A stretch of 32,000 nucleotides of DNA, taken from positions 1,800,001-1,832,000 of the forward strand of contig NC_014833.1 of assembly GCF_000179635.2 (NCBI RefSeq), in the 5' to 3' direction. The DNA is from Ruminococcus albus 7 = DSM 20455 (GTDB lineage: Bacteria; Bacillota; Clostridia; Oscillospirales; Ruminococcaceae). The translations under genes were made by a program, and so were the position numbers. Numbering within the stretch: the stretch's first letter is position 1; each line of letters starts with the position of its first letter. The notes below the pieces were generated by a model, which ran no database searches, was not told the origin of the DNA, and worked only from the letters and a program-made list of their open reading frames with translations. This document shows, piece after piece, positions 23,801-30,860 of the stretch.

Positions 23801-26518
23801 AATTGCTATGACAGTTTTACGTTAACAGGCAACTTTACAGATTATTTTGATCTGCAGGCTAATTCAAACTACTCAATCGTAGATAACATTGGATCACATC
23901 AGTTTGCTCTTTCAAATGCTAATGTACAATCAACAGCATCAACAACTACTAACGGGTATACTCAAAGTACTCTGCCGGGCTATACATTTAAAAAGTATGA
24001 TTATGTGTACAAGCTTAAAGGCAACGATTCAGTTACATTCAAACTAAAACCGATAAACGGCTTCTTAGGCGGTAACGATGTACCACTGCTAAACAGCGCA
24101 ACACTGACACATCATAACAATACTGTTGAAGATGATGATACAAAGTCTATCGTAGCTGACAACGCAACCGACTTCGCAAATGTCAGACTTGCATCCGAAA
24201 CACTGGCAGATGAAACCTACATAACTGTAGATACATCGCCAATATTCGTTGAATACGGCGGAACGCTTTCGGAAAGTGATTTCACTAATACAAAGAAGAC
24301 ATTTGAAAGCAGCAATCTTGCAGATGACTATGCACGGTTTACAGATTTTGGATATGAGCCGGATCTGAATAATGCAATAACAGCGGATACAAATGTTATT
24401 GTTACAGCAGGGCTTGAACCAACATCTGATAATGCAGCAAGAGCAACGGTGATCGATCCCGTAAGCAGGGCAGAGAGAAACTTCAGCGTACCTGTTTACG
24501 TGAAGTATCCTATCACAACTACCCTGACTAACGTTACAGCTGCTAAGGCTGACGGAACTCAATTCCCGTCAAGCGGTGAGTTCTTCCCCACATCGGTGGA
24601 TGACAGAGATCTGACGATCGTACTCAGTGCAGTTGACGGTTATGATCTGCCCGCTGCAGACGATGTTACAGTGACAGGTGCAGATGCATCTATCGAAAAG
24701 CGCGACGGTAATATTTACGTTACTATCCCGCGAAGCACTATAACAGGTGTGGTCACCATAACAGCATCAGGAGTGCAGGTAACACATAAGGTACATTATA
24801 TGTACGAGTACTACGATCCGCTGTCAGAGCAGATCTCGGTACAAAGTGTAGTTGATACGCATGAGTATAAAAACGGTGATTTCCTCGAGGGTCTGAATTT
24901 CCCGAACGTAACCGGTGCGTATCCCGTGGGATACGATGACTACGACTGGGATTTCGGACAGACCGAATACGATGATGACAGCGGCAAATACAAAATGGGT
25001 CAGGAGGATATCTACATAATAGGTACCTACGTTCCCATAACCTATAAGCTGGTGATAAACTACGTTCTAAAAGATACGGATAACCAAATTCTCGAAACGT
25101 ACACCTCACCCGACAGGACACAATACCATGAAGATACTGATACCTTTGATATAGCACTTACAAAGGGTGCAGACTTCTTTATAAAGTCCCCCGATATCAC
25201 GGGTTACGTAACAGATACCCCGTACGTTTCGGGCAAGGTAGATAATGCGTTTATCGATTCTCTTAATGAAACTATCACTATTGGTGAAAAGACATACAAG
25301 AGCAAGACGATCAATGTATATTATGAACCAAACCCTGATAACGTGATCGTACACTTCGTCAAGTGTGATGTCAGAGGAGTTCCGATCGAAAATGATGGCA
25401 ATACTATAACCAGAATCACAGAGGCAATTGGTGTTGGCGTTGACTATGATTTGGAATCGGAAATACTATCCAATATTACTAATGATGAATACGAGATAAT
25501 CAAACGTACAAGACAAACAGATACGGCCGAAGAAGAGGTGACTACCGTTTCGGGTACTATCACAGATGCAGATCAGATCGAAACATACTACGTTTACTAT
25601 AGAGCAAAACCCGGAAAAGTTACGGTTGAGTTCTACAAAGAGCGTGATGATGCATCACCTGACAAATCCAAGACTTGTGAGGTTGGCAGAGAGTATGGCT
25701 ATAACGCTGATCTTAAAGAATTTGATTCTCTCCCAAGAGCCGTAAAGGATAACTGCAGACTTGTTGGCTGGGAAACCGAAGACGGCAAGCTTATCGAGGA
25801 CGATACGATAGTCGAGGGCGAGGATGGTACTAGAATAAAGCTGTACGCTAAATGGGCATCAATGAAGGTTACTATACACGTTGATTATCGATACGCTGAG
25901 AATGTTGAGAATGAAACGATTCGCGGAACTGAGGCAGATACACCATTCACAAAAGAGTATCTCTACGGACAGAGCTATAAGATAGTATCTGGTCATATAC
26001 CTTATTACGAAGCTGTTCCCGGAGTTGTTGAGGGTATAGCCTTGGAAGATAAAACCGAAAAGGTATACTATAAAGACGGCTCAGGTGAGATAAGCATCAT
26101 AGTTGATGTTTACAGCGAGAGCAGTTTGAGTAATACCGCAAATGCTCACAAGCTTAAAGGCGGAACATTCGAGCTGTACAACTCGAGCGGTGAATGCATC
26201 AGCACCAAGCAGAACACTGATGGTTCTGTTACATGGACAAATGTTGAAGTTCGCCTGACAGACGGTGAAAAATACACAGTCAAGTGTACAGATCCACCCG
26301 TGGGATATGCTCCCGGTGAGATAGAGGTGACAGTTCAGGGTACAGAGACCTATGAAGAAATGTTCCTCGGCAAAACCAAATTCAGAATGCCTTTCGCAGG
26401 CAGCACACCGATGACAGGTTATACCGTCGTTGGTACATCCACAATGTTACTTGCTGTTTTCCTGCTGTTCCTTAATATGCGCAGTAAAGCAGAAGAAAAA
26501 AGAATAAAAAACAATTAG
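20825..26518 (+). CDS. Giant sortase-anchored surface/pilus-tip adhesin (two glycine-rich modules, MucBP/Listeria-Bacteroides-repeat-like domains, CnaB/SpaA-like domain, MPFAG sorting signal)
   Basis: 1897 aa with a GTG start. The GTG at 20834 is an equally good start behind AGAGGTGAGG. The N-terminus is basic then hydrophobic. WGGDGG...GGKGGF...GGGGGG modules occur twice. RLVGWETEDGKLIEDDTIVEGEDGTRIKLYAKW is a Listeria-Bacteroides-type repeat. The C-terminus has MPFAG, a hydrophobic helix and RSKAEEKRIK. Confidence 0.9.
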   Translation: MRTVRSLRGSNIKKRVSALSMAAMIVIEQLAYIDPMIAYSARSASSNGSSDFPAVTSSGVSASLEHKDQLVDNGDGTYTFTSDITSAYSYHDESGDRLRFQSDTYEFDKPGKYLIELWGGDGGDGSSLFPLSFKAGSGGKGGFVYGVLTVTPEDVDAKKKLYYEIGSKGLSQTRSIAGGGTGGIGGGAGDIAVFSVGAGGGGGGGAGAALHTLPGIFGGDGRANGGEGGTFLSSLSDTPNIKAFTSGTYYAGENGKTSGTKAAYVGQGGTDRPGELVESFIGFLEASSYPNDWQKSYHPDADRGIGGASNFRGGGGSSYVGAYSYFEENSKGSDDLFVERDGNTNADVGGAVVIRYLPDSNSDYAYLDNITVSGGVSEYFDIVSMNCTNNKYNASSKKMQLLNVSSTKTDNNFTVNGSVAPVPDGLDKGQAQDTLTVSITVRPKKAFFGGLNVPVFTGDFAVKDSDNSKNSTISYTDNVTHVNVPYNISITAKNSTKQTGDTVLKGDLFEQEIAYEADDPMQDFISGITYRIDDISANSFSDTITSADVSNGRKAFSVKATLVPKSGTAAQVGEAGNPTVTKTVYVRCISDSVLDVDGYEINAEKSLAYNETDDTYDLTVDMNVENQDAKSFSIIDPIESENVLDIVYNATSNLSSSNDYVSISRNQDNNSNNTKYSGTLQPGIYYVEVWGGDGGSGFNDPTNNLSSAVSNNTYGGYGGKGGFISGYVTLVSEKQLEIVLGPKGIKGDSSNPAGKGGKATYVNIGDESDDMTFVAGGGGGGSTYLKYSGTDQNSHMGYSGNDGYRIGGTSVYKGSSSNGNDYYDVSKYDGADAISVSISTGLNPYRRISNFNNNIASYFAKGGYSEIGSGVQTEIADIMYIDNGVHDITVDLGLYEYVNYFNSGIVSNYYISQWTNKSGDPEYVSNDDEYERVSSYKGTTKTSIGTTGAVKITRLGVRTRHNYGGTEVGVDTSNSVTLANIEEQIKNDYANANCYDSFTLTGNFTDYFDLQANSNYSIVDNIGSHQFALSNANVQSTASTTTNGYTQSTLPGYTFKKYDYVYKLKGNDSVTFKLKPINGFLGGNDVPLLNSATLTHHNNTVEDDDTKSIVADNATDFANVRLASETLADETYITVDTSPIFVEYGGTLSESDFTNTKKTFESSNLADDYARFTDFGYEPDLNNAITADTNVIVTAGLEPTSDNAARATVIDPVSRAERNFSVPVYVKYPITTTLTNVTAAKADGTQFPSSGEFFPTSVDDRDLTIVLSAVDGYDLPAADDVTVTGADASIEKRDGNIYVTIPRSTITGVVTITASGVQVTHKVHYMYEYYDPLSEQISVQSVVDTHEYKNGDFLEGLNFPNVTGAYPVGYDDYDWDFGQTEYDDDSGKYKMGQEDIYIIGTYVPITYKLVINYVLKDTDNQILETYTSPDRTQYHEDTDTFDIALTKGADFFIKSPDITGYVTDTPYVSGKVDNAFIDSLNETITIGEKTYKSKTINVYYEPNPDNVIVHFVKCDVRGVPIENDGNTITRITEAIGVGVDYDLESEILSNITNDEYEIIKRTRQTDTAEEEVTTVSGTITDADQIETYYVYYRAKPGKVTVEFYKERDDASPDKSKTCEVGREYGYNADLKEFDSLPRAVKDNCRLVGWETEDGKLIEDDTIVEGEDGTRIKLYAKWASMKVTIHVDYRYAENVENETIRGTEADTPFTKEYLYGQSYKIVSGHIPYYEAVPGVVEGIALEDKTEKVYYKDGSGEISIIVDVYSESSLSNTANAHKLKGGTFELYNSSGECISTKQNTDGSVTWTNVEVRLTDGEKYTVKCTDPPVGYAPGEIEVTVQGTETYEEMFLGKTKFRMPFAGSTPMTGYTVVGTSTMLLAVFLLFLNMRSKAEEKRIKNN

Positions 26519-26530
26519 GAGGTTCTTATT

Positions 26531-28351
26531 ATGAAAAAATTGTACAAGCGTTCCACAGCAATAGCAGTATCGGCATTAATGATGTCGCAGATGATTCCTT
26601 ACAATGTGTTTGCATCGGAAAATCCAACCGGTCCTAACTCGCTGACTATCCATCCGTATATCCTGAGTGACGCAAAATATGCAGAAGCAAAGCAAGCTAA
26701 CAAAACTCCTAGTGGTTTAGGTACTACCGATGCTATAGCAGCTGATACAGATTTAGCTGATAATTACGATGCAACTGAATCACAGGATGTTACATTTACT
26801 CTTACTGAGGTTACCAGTACAGGTGCTGCAAAACAAGGTGGTATTAAAATTACAACTCCTTCAAAGTCATTTTCATCTCTGCCTGATGGTTACTACAAGA
26901 TAACACCTAATAATACTTCTACAGATGCTAACTTAAAAGAAGTTGAATCATTCTTCATCCAGCTTCCTTCGGGTTCAAACAGAGATGTGTACATTTATCC
27001 TAAGCTGACAGATAACCATGATAATGGTGATCATAACACCCCTGGTACACTTCATGATGCAACTGATCCTACCTCAAAGGATAAGCACTCGATAGAGCTT
27101 ACCAAGAAACTTAGTGGTGACGCAGCGTGGACTAGTGGTATGAGTGCTACATTCCAGTTATATTCTCAGGATGCTATGGGCAACTGGGTAGACGGCGGTA
27201 CACATGATACTGATGCTAATGGTAAAGTCATAGTTGATGGTCTGCCTTATGGTACATACTATATGTATGAAACATCTGCTGTAACTGGTTATCTTAAGAA
27301 TAGCAGTCCTGTAAAGTTCGTCCTCGATGGTACAGCGAGCTCGGTTCAGAAGGCTGACCTTACAAATGATAAGAAGCTTACAGTTTCAAAGGCAATAGAT
27401 GTTGATGGTAAGGGACATACCTATAACTGGACGATCACAGCTGATGTTCCTGTAAATTCTGAAAACCTGATGAGTTACTCCATAACCGATACTTTTGAAA
27501 ACCTTAAGGAAGTTAATGTAGTAAGCGTCTTTTCAGGAAGTGATGAACTGGATGAAGATGTTGATTATACTGTTTCGACAAATGGTAATAAATTGACAGT
27601 TGAGATCGATGATCCTTCATCACTTGAATCGGATGCTGATATTGTTATAAAGGTAGAATCAAAATTAGTTGATGGTTTCACATCAGGTTCTGAGGCTACA
27701 AATACATCTTCGATAGATTATCAGTATGCTTATGATCCTGATAATGATAGCAGGATCCCATCTCAGATACCCAATGACATACCAAATATACCCAATCCCA
27801 ATCCCGATGATCCCGATCCCACTGATCCCAATAATCCTCCTGTTGTAAGTTATCCTGATGGTACTGAAGAAGAACTCCATAATACCGAAACAGTAACACC
27901 TGCAACTATTACAATTTCAAACTATGCGACAGGAACAACCACTGAACTGAAAAAAAGTAAATATAGTATAACAGGTTGCAGCAATCATGATGATGACGAT
28001 GCCAGTGATATTGTTACTCTTGAAAACCTCGCACCCGGTGTCTATGAGATCACTCAGCTCGGTACACAGGAAAACTACAAAATCGATGAAAACGTTAAGA
28101 CTATCTTTATTGACAAGAATGGTAAAGTTTATGAAGGTGACACAGCTGATTCAACAAAAGAAATTACAAATAAAAAAATAATATTCTATAATGATCCAAT
28201 TTCTGATAACTTCCAGCTGCCTTTCACCGGTACTACTGCAACTATCGTATTCACCATAGGCGGTATCGCTATAATGGCAGGCGCTGCATTCTTCATCATA
28301 GTTCTCTTCAAGAAGAAGGACGAAGAGGAAGAAGAGCAGAACAAAGCATAA
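26531..28351 (+). CDS. Major (shaft) pilin: signal peptide, YPK pilin motif, E-box, LPFTG cell-wall sorting signal
   Basis: AGGAGG RBS. The signal peptide ends at VFA-SE. The pilin motif VYIYPKLTD has YPK at 26996-27004. The E-box-like sequence is YYMYETSAVTGY. LPFTG lies at 28217-28231, followed by a TM helix and a KKKDEEEEE tail. Confidence 0.88.
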   Translation: MKKLYKRSTAIAVSALMMSQMIPYNVFASENPTGPNSLTIHPYILSDAKYAEAKQANKTPSGLGTTDAIAADTDLADNYDATESQDVTFTLTEVTSTGAAKQGGIKITTPSKSFSSLPDGYYKITPNNTSTDANLKEVESFFIQLPSGSNRDVYIYPKLTDNHDNGDHNTPGTLHDATDPTSKDKHSIELTKKLSGDAAWTSGMSATFQLYSQDAMGNWVDGGTHDTDANGKVIVDGLPYGTYYMYETSAVTGYLKNSSPVKFVLDGTASSVQKADLTNDKKLTVSKAIDVDGKGHTYNWTITADVPVNSENLMSYSITDTFENLKEVNVVSVFSGSDELDEDVDYTVSTNGNKLTVEIDDPSSLESDADIVIKVESKLVDGFTSGSEATNTSSIDYQYAYDPDNDSRIPSQIPNDIPNIPNPNPDDPDPTDPNNPPVVSYPDGTEEELHNTETVTPATITISNYATGTTTELKKSKYSITGCSNHDDDDASDIVTLENLAPGVYEITQLGTQENYKIDENVKTIFIDKNGKVYEGDTADSTKEITNKKIIFYNDPISDNFQLPFTGTTATIVFTIGGIAIMAGAAFFIIVLFKKKDEEEEEQNKA

Positions 28352-28396
28352 TTAATTAGTTAAAACAATGATAAGGTTCTCCGTGAACTGAACGCT

Positions 28397-28436
28397 ATAA
28401 GTGCCGCTGCTTTGTCGGCGGCACTTATAATTTTTC
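28397..28436 (+). terminator. Intra-operon hairpin (possible partial terminator) between pilin and sortase genes
   Basis: 11-bp stem ataagtgccgc / gcggcacttat with a 10-nt loop, then aa-ttttt. Confidence 0.45.
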
Positions 28437-28453
28437 AATAGGAGGAAAAACTG

Positions 28454-29272
28454 TTGGGCAAGAAGAAAAACAAAAAGAAACGATTAGGCATTATATTGCT
28501 CTTGCTCCTGTTCCTGATAGGATTGGTCTTGTTCCTTTACCCGTTTATCAGCAGGATCTTTATAAACAAAAAAGTCGATGAAAATATACAGAATCTCAAA
28601 GATGACCTGAACAGGATCATAAACGAATCTATTGAAAACGGAGATCTCAATATTGAAGACCTGCCTCTTGATGAAGAGGGCAGACCCGCACCGTATGAAA
28701 GGATAAAGTATGATATAGAGGAGGAGGAGAGTCAGCCTTACCTCGATGACCTTTATCAGTATATGCGCAGGCGCAACAGGGAACTCTTTGAGTCATCGCA
28801 GTCGCAGCTTGATTCGCAGGAATCATATAAGTACCCTGAATTCGATCTGAAGTCTTACGGTCTTAATACAGAAAGTATAGGTACTCTTGAAATATCAAGA
28901 CTGGGATTGAAGCTGCCTGTATTTCTGGGTGCAAACGATTATAACCTTACAGCGGGTTGTGGTCACCTGACTTATACAACTTATCCCATAGGCGGTTATA
29001 ACACAAATTGTGTTATTGCTGTGCACAGGGGACTTGGCGGATCTGATTTTCTGAGATATGTAGAAAAGCTTGAAAGCGGCGATGTGGTGCGTGTACAGAA
29101 TTACTGGTATACACTGGAATACAAAGTCGTAGATCATGTGATCGTTGATCCTGATGAAGTGGATTCCGTACTTATACAGCCGGGCAAGGATATGCTCACA
29201 CTTTATACCTGTCATCCCTATGGTATAAACAACCGAAGGTACCTGGTATACTGTGAGAGAGTTATAAAATAA
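28454..29272 (+). CDS. srtC: Class C (pilin-polymerising) sortase
   Basis: TTG start behind AGGAGGA. There is an N-terminal TM anchor. The catalytic His is in VIAVHRG, the Cys in TLYTCHPYG and the Arg in NRRYLVYCERV. Confidence 0.9.
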   Translation: MGKKKNKKKRLGIILLLLLFLIGLVLFLYPFISRIFINKKVDENIQNLKDDLNRIINESIENGDLNIEDLPLDEEGRPAPYERIKYDIEEEESQPYLDDLYQYMRRRNRELFESSQSQLDSQESYKYPEFDLKSYGLNTESIGTLEISRLGLKLPVFLGANDYNLTAGCGHLTYTTYPIGGYNTNCVIAVHRGLGGSDFLRYVEKLESGDVVRVQNYWYTLEYKVVDHVIVDPDEVDSVLIQPGKDMLTLYTCHPYGINNRRYLVYCERVIK

Positions 29273-29295
29273 GGATCTATTGATTAAAACAAAAT

Positions 29296-29336
29296 GAGTG
29301 TCATTCTCCGATGTAAAGGAGAACGGCACTCTTTTT
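29296..29336 (+). terminator. Terminator of the pilus operon
   Basis: 14-bp stem gagtgtcattctcc / ggagaacggcactc (one G-U pair, one mismatch) with an 8-nt loop, then ttttt. Confidence 0.6.
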
Positions 29337-29375
29337 ATTGTTCTGTCCGATATTATCATTTTTATTATTTTTTAC

Positions 29376-29404
29376 TTGACAATGCATTCATAATGTGATA
29401 TAAT
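29376..29404 (+). promoter_or_regulatory. Consensus promoter of tRNA-Leu
   Basis: TTGACA, a 17-nt spacer, then TGaTATAAT, ending 10 nt before the tRNA 5' end. Confidence 0.65.
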
Positions 29405-29414
29405 AATCTAGTAA

Positions 29415-29498
29415 GCCGCTGTGGTGGAATAGGCAGACACAAGGGACTTAAAATCCCTCGGTAGCAATACCGTACCGGTTCAAGTCCGGTCAGCGGCA
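29415..29498 (+). tRNA. tRNA-Leu (anticodon UAA), type II with long variable arm
   Basis: The cloverleaf was folded by hand. The acceptor stem is GCCGCTG/CAGCGGC and the D stem is GTG/CAC. The anticodon stem AGGGA/TCCCT carries loop CTTAAAA. The variable arm is CGGTA-GCAA-TACCG. The T arm is ACCGG-TTCAAGT-CCGGT with discriminator A. No CCA is encoded. Confidence 0.92.
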
Positions 29499-29515
29499 CT
29501 ATAGAATAAAGTAAG

Positions 29516-29544
29516 ATCGGGCTTTTTAAGCCCGATTTTTTTTT
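29516..29544 (+). terminator. Terminator of tRNA-Leu
   Basis: Stem atcgggctt / aagcccgat followed by a 9-nt T-run. Confidence 0.7.
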
Positions 29545-29740
29545 CCTTCCGGACGAACGAAATTGATCCATTCCGATTTAAAACATTTTGAATACTGTAG
29601 GAAAAGATCTGTCTATAGCTACACCGCCGAGGATATTTGCGATCGTTTCAGCGGAGTAGATCTTCTGACTGTAAGTCTTGTTATAGTTTTGCGGCATGAA
29701 GTATTTTTTTGACAAAGCCCACCTTACGGATAATGATTCC

Positions 29741-30283
29741 TCATTCTAATGATACAGTCACATCGCCTGTTCCGAGTGTATCAGCAAACCCTGAAGTATC
29801 ATCAATATGCCCGATCTTTGTATAGCTGTATGAAGTATCAAAGCTCTTATAGAAAATCACTATGCAGCTGTCACCATAGAGCATGATATCGCCCTCGTTG
29901 ATATGTCCAACATTCTCAGGTGCTGAAGGCAGAGGAGTATCAAGGTAATAATACTTCTCGTTGCCGTTCAGTTCGGACATATCAAGTGATAATGGCAGCA
30001 TTTTCGTAAAAGCTGTGACAGTATTGCTGCTTTCCAATGTGACAGGAAACTGCTTATCTCCTATAACGATCTTCATACCGTCAACTTCCTTTTCTTCGTG
30101 TTGTTCGGCGGTTGTGACATCTTGTCGGTCGGAGATTACAGATGAAACGCTGCTGTCGCTTTGAATCATAACAGACGAGTTTTCACTTTGCACCGTCACA
30201 GCTGAACTATTCTCTGAGTAACTGCCGCACCCGGTAAGCATCAGAAACGAAGCTATAACCGTCATTAACTTGGATCTATTCAT
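29741..30283 (-). CDS. Lipoprotein with C-terminal cyclophilin-like-fold domain
   Basis: The lipobox is in MNRSKLMTVIASFLMLTG-C. A Ser-rich linker follows. The C-terminal region, IVIGDKQFPVTLESSNTVTAFTKMLPL...GDIMLYGDSCIVIFY, matches the uncharacterised cyclophilin-like family pattern. Confidence 0.75.
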   Translation of the reverse strand: MNRSKLMTVIASFLMLTGCGSYSENSSAVTVQSENSSVMIQSDSSVSSVISDRQDVTTAEQHEEKEVDGMKIVIGDKQFPVTLESSNTVTAFTKMLPLSLDMSELNGNEKYYYLDTPLPSAPENVGHINEGDIMLYGDSCIVIFYKSFDTSYSYTKIGHIDDTSGFADTLGTGDVTVSLE

Positions 30284-30839
30284 AAATGCTCCTCACCACC
30301 TTTGCAGGAGTGCCGACCGCTATCATATTTTCGGGAATATCCTTTGTAACGACCGAACCCGCACCAATGACTGCATTATCACCGATAGTCACTCCGGAAA
30401 GGATAGTTGAATTTGAGCCGATCCAAACATTCTTTCCGATATGGATAGGCTTCGGTATCAGATCATGTCGTTCTTCGGGGAGTAGTCCGTGATTAAGCGT
30501 AGCAAGCATCGTGTTATGCCCGATCAAAGCTCCGTCACCTATAAATATACTGCCCTGATCCTGAAACTTACAGCCTGCATTGATGAATACGCCCTTTCCT
30601 AGATGAATGTTCTTGCCGCAGTCTGTGTAGAACGGAGGAAACAGCCCGACTTCAACAGGTTCACCGATCAGCTCCGACATCAGCGCATTGATCTCATCGG
30701 GGGTATGATAGCGGCTGTTGATCTCCATTGTTATGCGGATAGCCTCCTGACTCAGCTTATGCATTGTCTGATGAACTCCGCACTCTGCCGTGACCTGTTT
30801 TCCGCTGTTCATAAATTCAAGAAATTCTGCTGTTGTCAT
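30276..30839 (-). CDS. Sugar O-acetyltransferase (maltose/galactoside acetyltransferase family, left-handed beta-helix)
   Basis: Hexapeptide repeats are VWIGSNSTILSGVTIGDNAVIGAGSVVTKDIPENMIAVGTPAKV, with a Mac-type N-terminal domain. The start was placed at the ATG at 30839 (GGAGGA 8 nt upstream). The ORF also opens at 30854. Confidence 0.88.
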   Translation of the reverse strand: MTTAEFLEFMNSGKQVTAECGVHQTMHKLSQEAIRITMEINSRYHTPDEINALMSELIGEPVEVGLFPPFYTDCGKNIHLGKGVFINAGCKFQDQGSIFIGDGALIGHNTMLATLNHGLLPEERHDLIPKPIHIGKNVWIGSNSTILSGVTIGDNAVIGAGSVVTKDIPENMIAVGTPAKVVRSIYE

Positions 30840-30860
30840 TACTGTTTCCTCCATGTAAGA

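Noticed and set aside
24089-25354. Minus-strand ORFs of 82-157 aa inside the adhesin gene
   Set aside because: They are antisense to a long continuous ORF with clear domain structure. They are Cys/Arg-rich nonsense translations without an RBS.
29365-29571. 68-aa minus-strand ORF
   Set aside because: It lies antisense across the tRNA-Leu gene, its promoter and its terminator, so it is an artefact.
29578-29697. 39-aa minus-strand ORF (MPQNYNKTYSQKIYSAETIANILGG...) next to the tRNA, considered as an integrase or transposase remnant marking an island boundary
   Set aside because: It has no RBS and no recognisable family. I could find no direct repeat of the tRNA 3' end, and there are no integrase or other mobile-element genes in the window.
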